Origin: Candidatus Aenigmatarchaeota archaeon
Lineage (GTDB): Archaea; Aenigmatarchaeota; Aenigmatarchaeia; JACPZZ01
Length of the DNA: 64,000 nucleotides
Reading direction: 5' to 3'
Assembly (NCBI GenBank): GCA_016195275.1
Contig: JACPZZ010000017.1
Span: 21,581 to 85,580, forward strand
In this document: piece by piece, positions 37,184 to 46,863 of the stretch
Layout: every line of letters starts with the position of its first letter
How positions within the stretch are numbered: the stretch's first letter is position 1
Translations under genes and position numbers: made by a program
Notes under the pieces: generated by a model
Databases searched by the model: none
What the model was told of the DNA's origin: nothing
The model's input: only the letters and a program-made list of their open reading frames with translations

Positions 37184-37235
37184 AATTACAACTCTATCTT
37201 TGCAGTTTTGCCTGGCCAGATACGGTTTTTAGGGC

Positions 37236-38288
37236 TTGTCGGGTGTAACTGCCAGATACGGGAATTCAAAAAGCGCAAAGATGGAGTACAAAACTGTAAG
37301 GGACAACAGGACACATAACCCAATAGGTCGGTTAGGGTATAATGTTAGTAACAAGTTGAACTTTGAGATTGTGTTGTCGGGAGTGGCAGCCGCCGTAAGG
37401 CGAATGGAGATCAGGTTGACGATGCCTGCTCAAACGGAGGGGGTCAATTTGATACATCATCTGACCCTTACTGGTCTACTTGTTCTATTTTTTCTCATTG
37501 CATCGGCTTGTGCTCAGCCTACGCCCACCACAGCACCTACACTTACTCCGGCACCTGTACTGACCCCACCCCCTATCCCTAGCCCAACTTCTCCACCCAT
37601 GCCTGGTCCGACACTAACAGGACCTACATTTACCCCATCACCTACCCTGACCCCTACTCCCACTTTGACACCTACAGTTACATCAGCCCCTACTCCCACC
37701 CCTACTACCAAGGCACCAGGTGTAGTCTCTGGTTCATCAGGGGAAGTTTCGGCGGACGGCAAGGTACTAGCAGCCTTGATAGGTGCTCTCGGAGCGGGAG
37801 GAGCTGCTTTGATCGTAGGCGCAGTCAACTTTTTCATGAACAGGAGAGCACTACGCCAGCAAGCTGAGGCGCTGAAGAAAACACTGGATCACCAAGAAAA
37901 GGTTCTGGCTCTACAGGAGAAGGCCTTGGAAAGAACATCGAACCAAGAAACGGCTGCATTAAGGGCTGAATATACGAAATTACATACTGAAAATGTCCTG
38001 AAGGTATATCAGGATGTTTCTAAGCAATTAGCTCTTTTCCGTGCTTATTTGGAGGGAAAGGAGCCTGCTTCAAGTCTACTAGGCGTAATTGAGACCTTTT
38101 ATTGGGCTTATCCCTTCTTAGGTCAAGATACCATTAACGAATTTGACACGAAAATCGTCCCACTAGCCTTAGACCCAGAGAAGCTTCGAGACCTTGACTA
38201 TCCTCGACTTCAGTTACTCCTAGCCGATGTCCTTGAAAAGGTGCGGAGCGATGTGGATGCTATCAAGAGAGGAGAACCGAAAATATGA
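37236..38288 (+). CDS. Pro/Thr-rich membrane-anchored protein with C-terminal coiled coil
   Basis: 350 aa; TM (LTGLLVLFFLIASACA), about 100-aa PT-rich linker (PTPTTAPTLTPAPVLTPPP...), second TM, helical C-terminal domain; the true start may be the internal MEYKTV. Confidence 0.55.
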   Translation: MSGVTARYGNSKSAKMEYKTVRDNRTHNPIGRLGYNVSNKLNFEIVLSGVAAAVRRMEIRLTMPAQTEGVNLIHHLTLTGLLVLFFLIASACAQPTPTTAPTLTPAPVLTPPPIPSPTSPPMPGPTLTGPTFTPSPTLTPTPTLTPTVTSAPTPTPTTKAPGVVSGSSGEVSADGKVLAALIGALGAGGAALIVGAVNFFMNRRALRQQAEALKKTLDHQEKVLALQEKALERTSNQETAALRAEYTKLHTENVLKVYQDVSKQLALFRAYLEGKEPASSLLGVIETFYWAYPFLGQDTINEFDTKIVPLALDPEKLRDLDYPRLQLLLADVLEKVRSDVDAIKRGEPKI

Positions 38289-38767
38289 CTGAACTAAAAG
38301 TCACGCTGGAACATGAAGGAGATCAATCACTAGCTACAGTCGCCCGCCCTTTAGTATCCCTATCTCAGTTGTATTATTTCCTTTGGCTGGTCGACCACGG
38401 TAAGCGTGAAAACTGGGATGCTTGGCTTCAAGGATTTCGTGAATGGATTGGGGAAGATGGCTTAAAACTTAAAACATTCCACTACGGTTCTATTTGTGAG
38501 GCTACTCTTGAAGTCAAGAAAGAGAATGAGTCCACGGCCCGCAGACTGGCTGAGGCAGCCATGAAGGTGGTAGAACGCCTGCGGGACATCGGACAAAAAC
38601 CAGAGCAACAACGTCGAGAACAAATCAGCGACCAAGTTGTTATTCAACTCCTTCCTGAAATTGATAAAGTCCCAAATGATCTACGTTCACCAGTGATTGG
38701 CCAATTGCGGTTTACCTTATTCGGACTAAGCAGAATAAAACTGATGGGCTTTGAAATAGGTGAATAA
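38285..38767 (+). CDS. hypothetical protein
   Basis: 160 aa; start overlaps the upstream stop (ATGA), suggesting co-translation. Confidence 0.5.
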   Translation: MTELKVTLEHEGDQSLATVARPLVSLSQLYYFLWLVDHGKRENWDAWLQGFREWIGEDGLKLKTFHYGSICEATLEVKKENESTARRLAEAAMKVVERLRDIGQKPEQQRREQISDQVVIQLLPEIDKVPNDLRSPVIGQLRFTLFGLSRIKLMGFEIGE

Positions 38768-38853
38768 ATGACGAATCTGTAAAGGCAACCTAGAGGCGAT
38801 TGCGGTTACGTGATAGTTGATGATATGCAAGACATTTCCCCACCCTTTGAGAC

Positions 38854-39198
38854 TCAATAATCCTCTGGAAACATAATCGTCCTGCCGCCCGTCTCGTTGT
38901 CCATCATCCAGAAGCGGTTTCCTTTGTACGTGAACTCGACTAAGTCCTTGTCCTTAGCCCGGTTGTAAGCGGCTCTGGCAGAATCTTCCAGCTCTCTGTA
39001 CGGTTTGGAAATGTCAGCGTCATTTTCCAGGCCGCCCAAGAAAGCGTACACGGCACTGGTCACGCGATTCACGTCGTGCCGCGAAAGTTTAGCCACGTCA
39101 TGCAGCACGCCGTCGGCCAGAGCCATTTCGTCGGTGTAGCTGAAGATCACATTGCCGAATAACTCAGCCTCATAATCCTTTCGTTCCTTGTCGTTCAA
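38854..39198 (-). CDS. hypothetical protein
   Basis: 114-aa acidic ORF. Confidence 0.4.
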   Translation of the reverse strand: MNDKERKDYEAELFGNVIFSYTDEMALADGVLHDVAKLSRHDVNRVTSAVYAFLGGLENDADISKPYRELEDSARAAYNRAKDKDLVEFTYKGNRFWMMDNETGGRTIMFPEDY

Positions 39199-39264
39199 TT
39201 CTAGTCACTACCAAGAATCGGTCCCTCGCCCAGATAAAGATTCCTTCAACGCTCTGCCTTTCAT

Positions 39265-40769
39265 GCCTGTAAACACGACTTGGAGGGTTATTGCCTGGGA
39301 AGGTTCAAAGGGTGAAAATGATAGGCATCAGTGAAGGAGAGGGAAGGTGTGACTCATGCTCCCCATTGTGGAAGTCCCAGAGTCCATCCGACGTGGTATG
39401 GAGCGCTACCGCTCCATTTTCTGCCGCCAGGAAGGCTTCGACCATGTCTGCCGCTATGTCACAGGTTTGATAGTCTTACCCAATAAAACCCTCCAGGGCA
39501 TCCATGACCTCCAGGTCTGGGAGGACCACACCCCCAGTAGAAGGTCTATGCATGAAGCAGTTTTCGAGGCCCACTGGGATGACGATCAATTGATGAAGGA
39601 TCATCGCAAGGCAGTGAGCCAGGACCACCATGGGCTGGGACGTGAGGTGATCGGTCTGGATTGGACTTTCTCTCATCATGAGCGGGGGCCAAAAATATAC
39701 GCCACCACTCGGGCCTGGGACTACGTGAATAACCTCTATAGCAGGTTCCAGACGGTAGTCACCGCTTCCATTGCCAACCGCCAGCTCATCGATGGCCTTG
39801 AGGTGAAGGTCCAAGAGCCTAAGCTCTGGAAGAAGGAGCTAGAGGCCCTCAAAGTCACTGCCCAGGAGGACTACAACCAGTTGGAAGATGCACGCAGCCG
39901 GCTACTGGAACTCCTGAGGTATCGGCTACATAGGAAACAGTATCGTAAGAGGACAGAGATAGCAGTGGAGATAGCAAAACAGATAGAGGAAGAAGGCCAC
40001 TTCCCCCAGGCCAGCTATGCCTTTGATAGTGCAGTGCTGACCCCGGAGTTGGCACGGCTGATAGAAGGAGCTGGCAAGCACTGGGTGAGTGAACTTCAGA
40101 GCAACCGTCAGATCCAATGGCGTGGCGAGTGGAAGCGGGTGGATGAGGTGGATAAGGAGCTGAGGGAGCAGCACCCTGAGAGCTTCAGGGAGGTAAGGGC
40201 TCGCTGCCGTAATGGAGAGGAAAAGACCCACTTTGCCTTTACCAAGGTAGTGCGCCTGAGAAGGTATGGACGCAAGCGGTTGGTGATAGTCCATGAAAAG
40301 GAAGATTTGAAAGACGAGCCTCGCTTCTTGCTCACCGATGCCCTTCATTGGGAAAGCAAGCGGGTGATAGAGAACTGGAACTTTCGCTGGCCTATAGAGG
40401 TCTTTCATGAGTTCAGCAAGCAGGTGACGGGGCTGGAGTCGGCTCAGGTACGCAAGGAGGAAGCGGTTAAACGCCACTTCCGATTGAGTTGTGTAGCGCA
40501 GTCGCTGGTACAGCGGGCACCTGTGAGTGGGACGACATCGGAAAGATTTGCCTTTGTGACAAACCAGCAAGGGAGCATAGGTCAGCGGTGCAGGAGCATC
40601 ATGCGAGAAGTGTTGAAGGGAGTGTTACAGCTTGCGAAGAACCTGTTTGAGCAAGGGCGCTCATGTGATGAGGTGCTGGAGGTGCTGATGCCAGCCTGAT
40701 GAGTAGTAGCACAGATATTCTCAAAATTAATCAACCCTCCAAGTCGTGTGTAAACAGGGAGCTAGAGAT
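39265..40769. mobile_element. insertion sequence (about 1.5 kb) with about 24-bp imperfect terminal inverted repeats, IS4/IS701-like
   Basis: IRL cctgtaaacacgacttggagggtt (39265-39288) versus the reverse complement of IRR aaccctccaagtcgtgtgtaaacaggg (40743-40769): 16/16 core identity plus flanking matches; single transposase ORF inside. Confidence 0.65.
39356..40699 (+). CDS. DDE transposase (IS4/IS701-like)
   Basis: 447 aa; layout and segments (VIGLDWTFSHHERGPKIYATT..., ...LTDALHWESKRVIENWNFRWPIEVFHEFSKQ) reminiscent of IS701/IS4-family transposases; bounded by IRs. Confidence 0.6.
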   Translation: MLPIVEVPESIRRGMERYRSIFCRQEGFDHVCRYVTGLIVLPNKTLQGIHDLQVWEDHTPSRRSMHEAVFEAHWDDDQLMKDHRKAVSQDHHGLGREVIGLDWTFSHHERGPKIYATTRAWDYVNNLYSRFQTVVTASIANRQLIDGLEVKVQEPKLWKKELEALKVTAQEDYNQLEDARSRLLELLRYRLHRKQYRKRTEIAVEIAKQIEEEGHFPQASYAFDSAVLTPELARLIEGAGKHWVSELQSNRQIQWRGEWKRVDEVDKELREQHPESFREVRARCRNGEEKTHFAFTKVVRLRRYGRKRLVIVHEKEDLKDEPRFLLTDALHWESKRVIENWNFRWPIEVFHEFSKQVTGLESAQVRKEEAVKRHFRLSCVAQSLVQRAPVSGTTSERFAFVTNQQGSIGQRCRSIMREVLKGVLQLAKNLFEQGRSCDEVLEVLMPA

Positions 40770-40983
40770 TCACTTCCCGCCAGCTTTCAAATACCAGGGT
40801 GGAGCCCATCGTCCGCACGACCTACAAGTACCGCTATCTCGGCCAGGAAGACCAGTCCCAGTGGGAGCCAGACCCACAGGTAAACCAGGATTGAAAGCCT
40901 GGCGTTTGTTCTGAGAGGTAACCTGGATTTCAACTGCTCAGCAACTACCAACCTTTATATACTTTGCCATATAATATAAAAAG

Positions 40984-41664
40984 GTGATTGTCATGAAATT
41001 GAGGCAGTTTTACGAGGATTTGCAGGACAGATGGGCAGGCAGCCTGGTCAAAGTTCAGTATTTGGACCATCCTCACGCCAAGGAATACATGTACCGGTTA
41101 GCTAGAGAAGGCTTGGTGGAAAATGTTGCATGGGGCTGGTACTGGGTGCCAGCTCAGTTGGAAGATGTTTGGGACTTTCTCGCCAACGATAAAAACTTCA
41201 AAGTGATTGCTGGCCAGACTGCTGCCTCTCTCTGGAATGGAGACTTTGTTCACCGCGAGCTCTATCTGGTAAAGGTTAAGGATCGCTCTTACGGCCAAGC
41301 ATTAAAGGCCTTTGGTGAAGGAAAGGGCTGGGACCTTGAGGTAGAAGTAGCCCGCAAACCTCCAGCCTACACCAAGATTGACGGCCTGCTGGTCGAGACC
41401 ATCGACGAGACTATCCTGGACTGCCTGAGCAGGTGGGCTTTTCTGGATGCCTTTGCCATTCTGCATGAACATCCGGAGATAGATTTCAGAACAGTGGCAA
41501 AACAGGGCTACTGGCAACGCTTGCCCGGCACACACATCAGGCTGAAACCGGTGCTGGAATACGGGTATTCCAGACTCACAGGACGCAAGAGTAGACCGCT
41601 GGCAGACCCATTCGTGGCGAGGGAAGTGGAAGAAGCGGTGGAAAAGGTGATGGAGATTGGCTAG
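40984..41664 (+). CDS. AbiEi-like antitoxin / transcriptional regulator (type IV TA, abortive infection)
   Basis: 226 aa; N-terminal wHTH-like region; immediately upstream of, and overlapping (8 nt), an AbiEii-type nucleotidyltransferase. Confidence 0.55.
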   Translation: MIVMKLRQFYEDLQDRWAGSLVKVQYLDHPHAKEYMYRLAREGLVENVAWGWYWVPAQLEDVWDFLANDKNFKVIAGQTAASLWNGDFVHRELYLVKVKDRSYGQALKAFGEGKGWDLEVEVARKPPAYTKIDGLLVETIDETILDCLSRWAFLDAFAILHEHPEIDFRTVAKQGYWQRLPGTHIRLKPVLEYGYSRLTGRKSRPLADPFVAREVEEAVEKVMEIG

Positions 41665-42394
41665 ACAGCTCAGGCTTGCCCATGCCCGGGAAGAGGTGAT
41701 TGCCGACCTTCTTAACAGGTTGGCCGAAAAGTCGCATGGCTTCAGTTCACCTAAACTGGTCCTCATCGGCGGATATGCCTTGAGGGCGTTTGTGCCCTTG
41801 TCCAGGTCCACCCGGGATTGCGACTTTGCCCTGCGGAAAGGACAGGATTGGCAGATTGACAGAATCCGCACATGGTTCTCAGACCTTGAGGTGCTCACTC
41901 TAGAGAAAAGGGATGACCATGGCTTTATGCGCTGCTTGAAGCTGATCAGAATCAATGACAGTACAGCCAGGGTCTCATTGGACTTCATGGAAGACAAAGT
42001 GGTGGGCAGAGATATGGAAGAGGTCATCAACTTGGATGCGAGGTTTGAAGGGGATGCCCAGAATGTGCGTATTACCATTGCCAACCAGCCAATTGATGTG
42101 GTGGTGCCATGCTACCGCGACTATTTCATACTGAAGGCCGTATCTGCCAGAAGAAGCGATATCCGTGATATAGCTGCGCTGGTGTGGAAGCTGGGCGTGC
42201 CTGAAGTGAAGCCAAGGTTAGAGGAGATACTGCCTTATCCCGATGTTTTTTACCGGAAGGTCAGGGAGGTCATCATTCCCGACATCGAGGATACCAGATT
42301 TATCCACTCGTGGCGCGGCACGTTTGTCACGACTGCGTTCTCTGAACAAGATAAACAAAATGTGATTGATGAGCTGAGGGAATTGTGCGGGTGA
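41657..42394 (+). CDS. AbiEii/AbiGii-family nucleotidyltransferase toxin (DUF1814-like)
   Basis: 245 aa; VLIGGYALRAF...TRDCDF polymerase-beta-type NTase motif (GG...DxD) in the position typical of AbiEii. Confidence 0.65.
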   Translation: MARQLRLAHAREEVIADLLNRLAEKSHGFSSPKLVLIGGYALRAFVPLSRSTRDCDFALRKGQDWQIDRIRTWFSDLEVLTLEKRDDHGFMRCLKLIRINDSTARVSLDFMEDKVVGRDMEEVINLDARFEGDAQNVRITIANQPIDVVVPCYRDYFILKAVSARRSDIRDIAALVWKLGVPEVKPRLEEILPYPDVFYRKVREVIIPDIEDTRFIHSWRGTFVTTAFSEQDKQNVIDELRELCG

Positions 42395-42418
42395 CTTTGA
42401 GGGCAGTGTGGTAAGCTG

Positions 42419-42739
42419 ATGGAAAATGAAGTGTTAATAGAATTGAAAGTGCCGCTTGATATGGTGGACGACCTGCGGAAGCTGGAACAGGTAGAGCACA
42501 TAGACAGGTCTACGGCAGTACGAAAGCTGCTTTACTCAGGTCTTCGTGAATGGAAACTCGAACATGCAGCTACGCTTTATAGGGATAACAGGGTGACCCT
42601 TGCGCGGGCAGCCGAAGAGGCAGGCGTCCCGGTGAGGGAGATGATGGAGTATTTCAGGCAGAAGAAAGTGCCCATGCAATATGACATGGACGATTTCGAG
42701 AAGGACCTGAAAGGGATTTACGAGCGACTCGGAAAATGA
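42419..42739 (+). CDS. small HTH protein, UPF0175-like putative antitoxin
   Basis: 106 aa; helical, C-terminal HTH-like TLARAAEEAGVPVREMMEYFRQ; weak assignment. Confidence 0.35.
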   Translation: MENEVLIELKVPLDMVDDLRKLEQVEHIDRSTAVRKLLYSGLREWKLEHAATLYRDNRVTLARAAEEAGVPVREMMEYFRQKKVPMQYDMDDFEKDLKGIYERLGK

Positions 42740-42794
42740 ACAGCCTCAGGTCAGCGGAGTGAATATCAACCTGCCATGCTCTGGTTTCACTGTT

Positions 42795-43643
42795 TCAATG
42801 CCCTAGCTGAACCTCCTCATCTGCAACGGACACCCATTCAAACCACGAGGAAACTCCAAGCTCCTCTGCCCACCGGTTGACAGTCTCTATGTCCTGCTGC
42901 TGGCCGCCATCAGGCGACGACCAGATTGACCTCGCCATCCGCTCCCCGCGTCGATAGTAGGGAGTCCTGACGTACGGCTGCCTCATTCTCCTATCATCCA
43001 GCAGCCAACCGAGATACGAAGCAAAGGCTGAGTTCATGGTCACGGAAGCGTCGTACACCTTCTTCGGAGTGAACGCCTGAACTGCTGGCTTCAACCCCTC
43101 GGCATTCTGCTCTACTTGCCTCCTGAGAGCGCGTCTCTGCGCTGGCCGCAAACCTTCGTAGCTCTCATACATCCATCGTTCGATACGCATGTCCACAGGC
43201 ATGTTGTTGACCTGGCGAACTACGCCATCATGCCACATCTTCAGGACATGGCCCAAAGCCTCTTCGGGCATACCTCTATCGGCCAGCCGGAAAAGGTGGT
43301 CCTTCAGCTCGTAGCCAACCGAACGACGCTGCTCGTTGGTGACGGTGGGAAGTCTGCGCATATCCTCCGGCCCTCGGAAAAAGCGCAGAATGTGACCGGC
43401 TTCATGAGCGAGGTAATAGGGAAGGTGCTCCTCAAGATGCGGCGAATATCGGACGACGTGCAACGGATCGCCGGGCCCTGCCAGCCTCACAGTTGCGTTG
43501 GCGTACTCTTCAATGCGGGCATCTGGCACCAACAAGAAGCCTTTCCCTGTGAGGTCCTCCACTTCCTGCCAGATGCGATTGACATCATCCGGCAAGCGTA
43601 GCAGGTAGTTCTGTGCCCTACAGATCACCTTGTAATCTGTCAA
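42795..43643 (-). CDS. HExxH-motif protein, putative zinc metallopeptidase
   Basis: 282 aa; YYLAHEAGHILRF (HExxH); no other recognised domain. Confidence 0.45.
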   Translation of the reverse strand: MTDYKVICRAQNYLLRLPDDVNRIWQEVEDLTGKGFLLVPDARIEEYANATVRLAGPGDPLHVVRYSPHLEEHLPYYLAHEAGHILRFFRGPEDMRRLPTVTNEQRRSVGYELKDHLFRLADRGMPEEALGHVLKMWHDGVVRQVNNMPVDMRIERWMYESYEGLRPAQRRALRRQVEQNAEGLKPAVQAFTPKKVYDASVTMNSAFASYLGWLLDDRRMRQPYVRTPYYRRGERMARSIWSSPDGGQQQDIETVNRWAEELGVSSWFEWVSVADEEVQLGH

Positions 43644-43899
43644 AGGCGTGAGGGGCTTTGGCTAAGATTTCATCGCGAGAAAAAGGAGTGACCGGGAACA
43701 TCTCAAAAGGAGTGGGGTCAAAGCCTCGCAGCCCTGCGTCCACGGCGTCTCTAAGGCTCTTGAATTCCCCTGAGTCGTAATGACAGTATCGCTTGCGGTC
43801 TGTGCCAACGTAAAGGCGGTACGATCCTGGGGCTGCTTCTAAAAAGAGCAGGTGGTATTTGCCCATTCTCGTTTCTATGTATGGAAGCGCCCGAGACAC
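43618..43899 (-). CDS. hypothetical protein
   Basis: 93-aa ORF overlapping the downstream gene by 26 nt. Confidence 0.35.
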   Translation of the reverse strand: MSRALPYIETRMGKYHLLFLEAAPGSYRLYVGTDRKRYCHYDSGEFKSLRDAVDAGLRGFDPTPFEMFPVTPFSRDEILAKAPHAFDRLQGDL

Positions 43900-43968
43900 A
43901 CAATGATTTGCCCAGCAGGGACTTATAAAGTCTCGGACGAAGGCTTGCCAGCCTTGCGGGTGAGATTC

Positions 43969-45015
43969 TCACCCTTCCTTCTTAACTCTCAACAGCCTGA
44001 TGTTACCCCTCATGTCCGCGCGCTCGCTCTCGATCAGTCCCACCGAGATTAAAGTTGCCACATACGCGGAAAATGTGCGCGAGGCGACCGGCCTCTTGCC
44101 AATATCCGAGCAATGCCTCAAGTAACCTTGCCACAACGTGTTGGAAAGCATACCTTCAGATCCTGAACCTTTGATTAGCTCGAATATGGCCCTGTGGTGC
44201 TCGGTCAGGCTCTGGAGCAGGTAACGCTGCTCCAGTTCTCTGGCAGACGTGAATCCTGACTCAACGTGTTGCGCCAGGATGACCCGGCTTCTGTCGGATT
44301 CAGCCAGCTCCGCAGCGTTGTTCAAGGTTTGAATCGCTACTCTGGCATCGCCGTCGGATAGCGATGCGATCCTGCCCAGCGTTTCCTGATCCCAGGAACC
44401 GGAAACAAGCGCTTCCCTTGCCCTCTGCTCAACCATGCCTACAAGCTCTTCGGCACTGTACGGCTCGAAAGCGATCTGCCTTAACGCAACCCTTGATAAA
44501 ACCCTCGGGTCCACATTCATCAAAAAGTAGCGCGAATTACAGATGGCGACCAACCCTACGCTGCCGATCCTTGCAAGGTTGTAGAGAATGGCATTTCTCT
44601 CTTTCGGGGCGGGTTTGTCTATCTCGTCCAGGACGATGACGAAAGGTTTGTTGCCGATGCTCCTTTCAAAGCGTTCCAGCTTCAAAGCCGCCTCGGTTTT
44701 GTCGGCGAACATGATGCGAAGCTCTTTGACAATCTCATCAGCCACCAGGTACAGGGAGTTGTGCTTCCACCAGTTTATGTAAACAGATTGGATAGGAGAC
44801 TCTCGCCTCAGGCGTTGCAGGGCCCACCGGGCCACAGCGGTCTTGCCTGTTCCAGGATTACCGTACAGCCAGATATTAACAGGCTTCCGGTGTTTCAATG
44901 CCGGAGCGAGGCGTAGATTAAGCTGATGGATTTGCTCCTCCCTGCCTGACAAGGACGCCGGCATATATTCTTCTGAAAGGACCGCAGGCTCCCTGATGAT
45001 GCGAATCTCTTCCAT
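43969..45015 (-). CDS. Orc1/Cdc6-family AAA+ replication initiator with C-terminal winged helix
   Basis: 348 aa; Walker A LYGNPGTGKTAVA, Walker B VVLDEIDK, sensor ICNSRYF, C-terminal wH; archaeal plasmid/virus-type initiator. Confidence 0.85.
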   Translation of the reverse strand: MEEIRIIREPAVLSEEYMPASLSGREEQIHQLNLRLAPALKHRKPVNIWLYGNPGTGKTAVARWALQRLRRESPIQSVYINWWKHNSLYLVADEIVKELRIMFADKTEAALKLERFERSIGNKPFVIVLDEIDKPAPKERNAILYNLARIGSVGLVAICNSRYFLMNVDPRVLSRVALRQIAFEPYSAEELVGMVEQRAREALVSGSWDQETLGRIASLSDGDARVAIQTLNNAAELAESDRSRVILAQHVESGFTSARELEQRYLLQSLTEHHRAIFELIKGSGSEGMLSNTLWQGYLRHCSDIGKRPVASRTFSAYVATLISVGLIESERADMRGNIRLLRVKKEG

Positions 45016-45083
45016 ACTTATCTTTAGTAGTCCAAACTTTAATCGACGGGCGGGAGCGATCTGCGGGTTATGCGCTTAACCGC

Positions 45084-45302
45084 TCACTTGAAATTCTCAA
45101 CGCGCCACCTCACGCGGTTCATCTTCATTTCCCGATGCGCACTCACCAGGTACTCCGGTATGTGGTACTGGGCCAAATAATCACGCCTGACCCGGTAAAG
45201 CTCGTTAGCTACGTGTTCGGCCTGCTGCGCCAACTCCGCAAACCTGTACTTCAACTGCTCCACCGATGACTGCACAGCTTCCACGCCAGAGAGCTTGTTC
45301 AA
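45084..45302 (-). CDS. hypothetical protein
   Basis: 72-aa helical ORF; start overlaps the upstream stop. Confidence 0.35.
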   Translation of the reverse strand: MNKLSGVEAVQSSVEQLKYRFAELAQQAEHVANELYRVRRDYLAQYHIPEYLVSAHREMKMNRVRWRVENFK

Positions 45303-45988
45303 GAACGTCGCATTGAGCTCAACCCTGCATCCCTGGCTCGCTGCATCTCGTCGTTGCGCACGAACGCATCGAGAAACTTGCTGCTGTCTGTCGCCTCCAT
45401 CAACAGCTTGTTCAGAGTCAGATGCACCAGATAGGGCTGCTGAGTTGAAGTGGGTAGATTGGTAAACCTTTGAGGGTTCATGAAACTCGCCACCCGGACC
45501 GCCAGGCTTCGGACAGATCTGGTCAACGGCGGCAGTCTTTTCTCAAGCTCTCGGATCTCCTGCGTGATTTCTGGATGCTGCTGTTCAAACTCCACAAATC
45601 TCCCAGGCTCGAAAATGGTAGAGTAGCCGTCCAACAAGGGCTTGAGTATTCCAAGAAACGGTGCCGGATAGTAGAACCGATCCTGGCTGATCTGGAATAG
45701 CTCCAGTTGCTCTTTCTGGATCTCCCTGGCCGCGAATTCTTCATCGCTGACTGCCCAGGCGTGGCTTCTGGTTTTCACAGCATGTTCAAGATCCTTCAGC
45801 CGGTCCGATAGAGGGTCGATAACAGTGACAATCTCCTCCACCACACGGTCTCGCGATGCCAGTGTTCGGTTTTGGTTTATCAGGGTGCGGTTTTGAAGCG
45901 CCAGCCAAAGTGTGATAGTGGCCAGCAGCGTTGTGGAAATGGCGCTGAGCCAGGGGGCGTTGATCTGCAAAAACTCTAAAACCCCCAT
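45299..45988 (-). CDS. membrane-anchored hypothetical protein
   Basis: 229 aa; N-terminal TM (WLSAISTTLLATITLWLAL) followed by a helical domain. Confidence 0.45.
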   Translation of the reverse strand: MGVLEFLQINAPWLSAISTTLLATITLWLALQNRTLINQNRTLASRDRVVEEIVTVIDPLSDRLKDLEHAVKTRSHAWAVSDEEFAAREIQKEQLELFQISQDRFYYPAPFLGILKPLLDGYSTIFEPGRFVEFEQQHPEITQEIRELEKRLPPLTRSVRSLAVRVASFMNPQRFTNLPTSTQQPYLVHLTLNKLLMEATDSSKFLDAFVRNDEMQRARDAGLSSMRRS

Positions 45989-46253
45989 AGTCGGTCACAC
46001 GCCAATCCTTCATACCAACGCGAAGGGTCCTACTTATTTTCGGCGGCTGGCGAGATAAGGTTGTGCCTGTGGTCAGGCGATAAAAAAGCAGGTGGTATCC
46101 CAGGATAATCGCAGCCACCCTGCCAGACATAGGAACCACTCCTGAGGTGGTCGGTAGAGGCTCTCCTCCCAAATAGGGGGTTCATAATGCTTGGTTTATA
46201 TTTAGCTTATGTGTGATTATTCTAGGACACTACCAAAAAGCATTGACGATAAA

Positions 46254-46281
46254 GAAATGGAAAACCGAAGGTTGTTGGTGC
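46254..46281 (+). repeat. island repeat element copy c (3' half only)
   Basis: aaatggaaaaccgaaggttgttggtgcg matches the GGAAAACCGAAGGTTGTCGGTGCC half of copy b. Confidence 0.5.
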
Positions 46282-46453
46282 GTGTTCTTATTTCGGTCAC
46301 AAGCCGGGGGCAGATCAAGTAGCAAGATCCAGGATGGACTGCCGCATGACATAGGAGGTTGGCTTTGTTGAAACCCAAGAATGGAAATCGCGCTGAGTCC
46401 CGTTTGAACTATCCCCTCAGCGATCAGGGCCGCTTACCTGCTGATTCGAGCAG

Positions 46454-46861
46454 CTAGCCATCATACGCCATACCAAACCAGAGGTCGAATGAATTGGCAC
46501 TTGGAAGCTTCATCCCCAGAGTCATCAGGAAGTCATTGAGGAAGTCTCTGCCCAGTACCACGACCCTCCGGTCTCTGGGTTGGGGATCCTCCATGACACG
46601 TATAGGAAAATAGTGCGAGAAGCCAGAGATTTTAATGTCTGCATCGTATATAGAAGAACCAGATAAAACTCCGACGGGTGCCCACGGCCGAAGTTGGGCA
46701 AACACAAACGCCGGGATCCTCGAATAGTCTGCACTGGTATCGATCCTGGCCACCAAACCCCCAGCCGCCATTTTGGACCGCGACGAGCGAATCGCCTCTA
46801 CATTAACGATTAACTCTGGCGGAAGTGCAGACAACGCATATGAGTATAAAAACCCTGGCAT
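46454..46861 (-). CDS. retropepsin-like (clan AA) aspartic protease domain protein
   Basis: 135 aa; ARIDTSADYSRIP resembles the D(T/S)GA active-site loop of retropepsin-like proteases; 3-nt gap to the upstream gene. Confidence 0.45.
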   Translation of the reverse strand: MPGFLYSYALSALPPELIVNVEAIRSSRSKMAAGGLVARIDTSADYSRIPAFVFAQLRPWAPVGVLSGSSIYDADIKISGFSHYFPIRVMEDPQPRDRRVVVLGRDFLNDFLMTLGMKLPSANSFDLWFGMAYDG

Positions 46862-46863
46862 TG

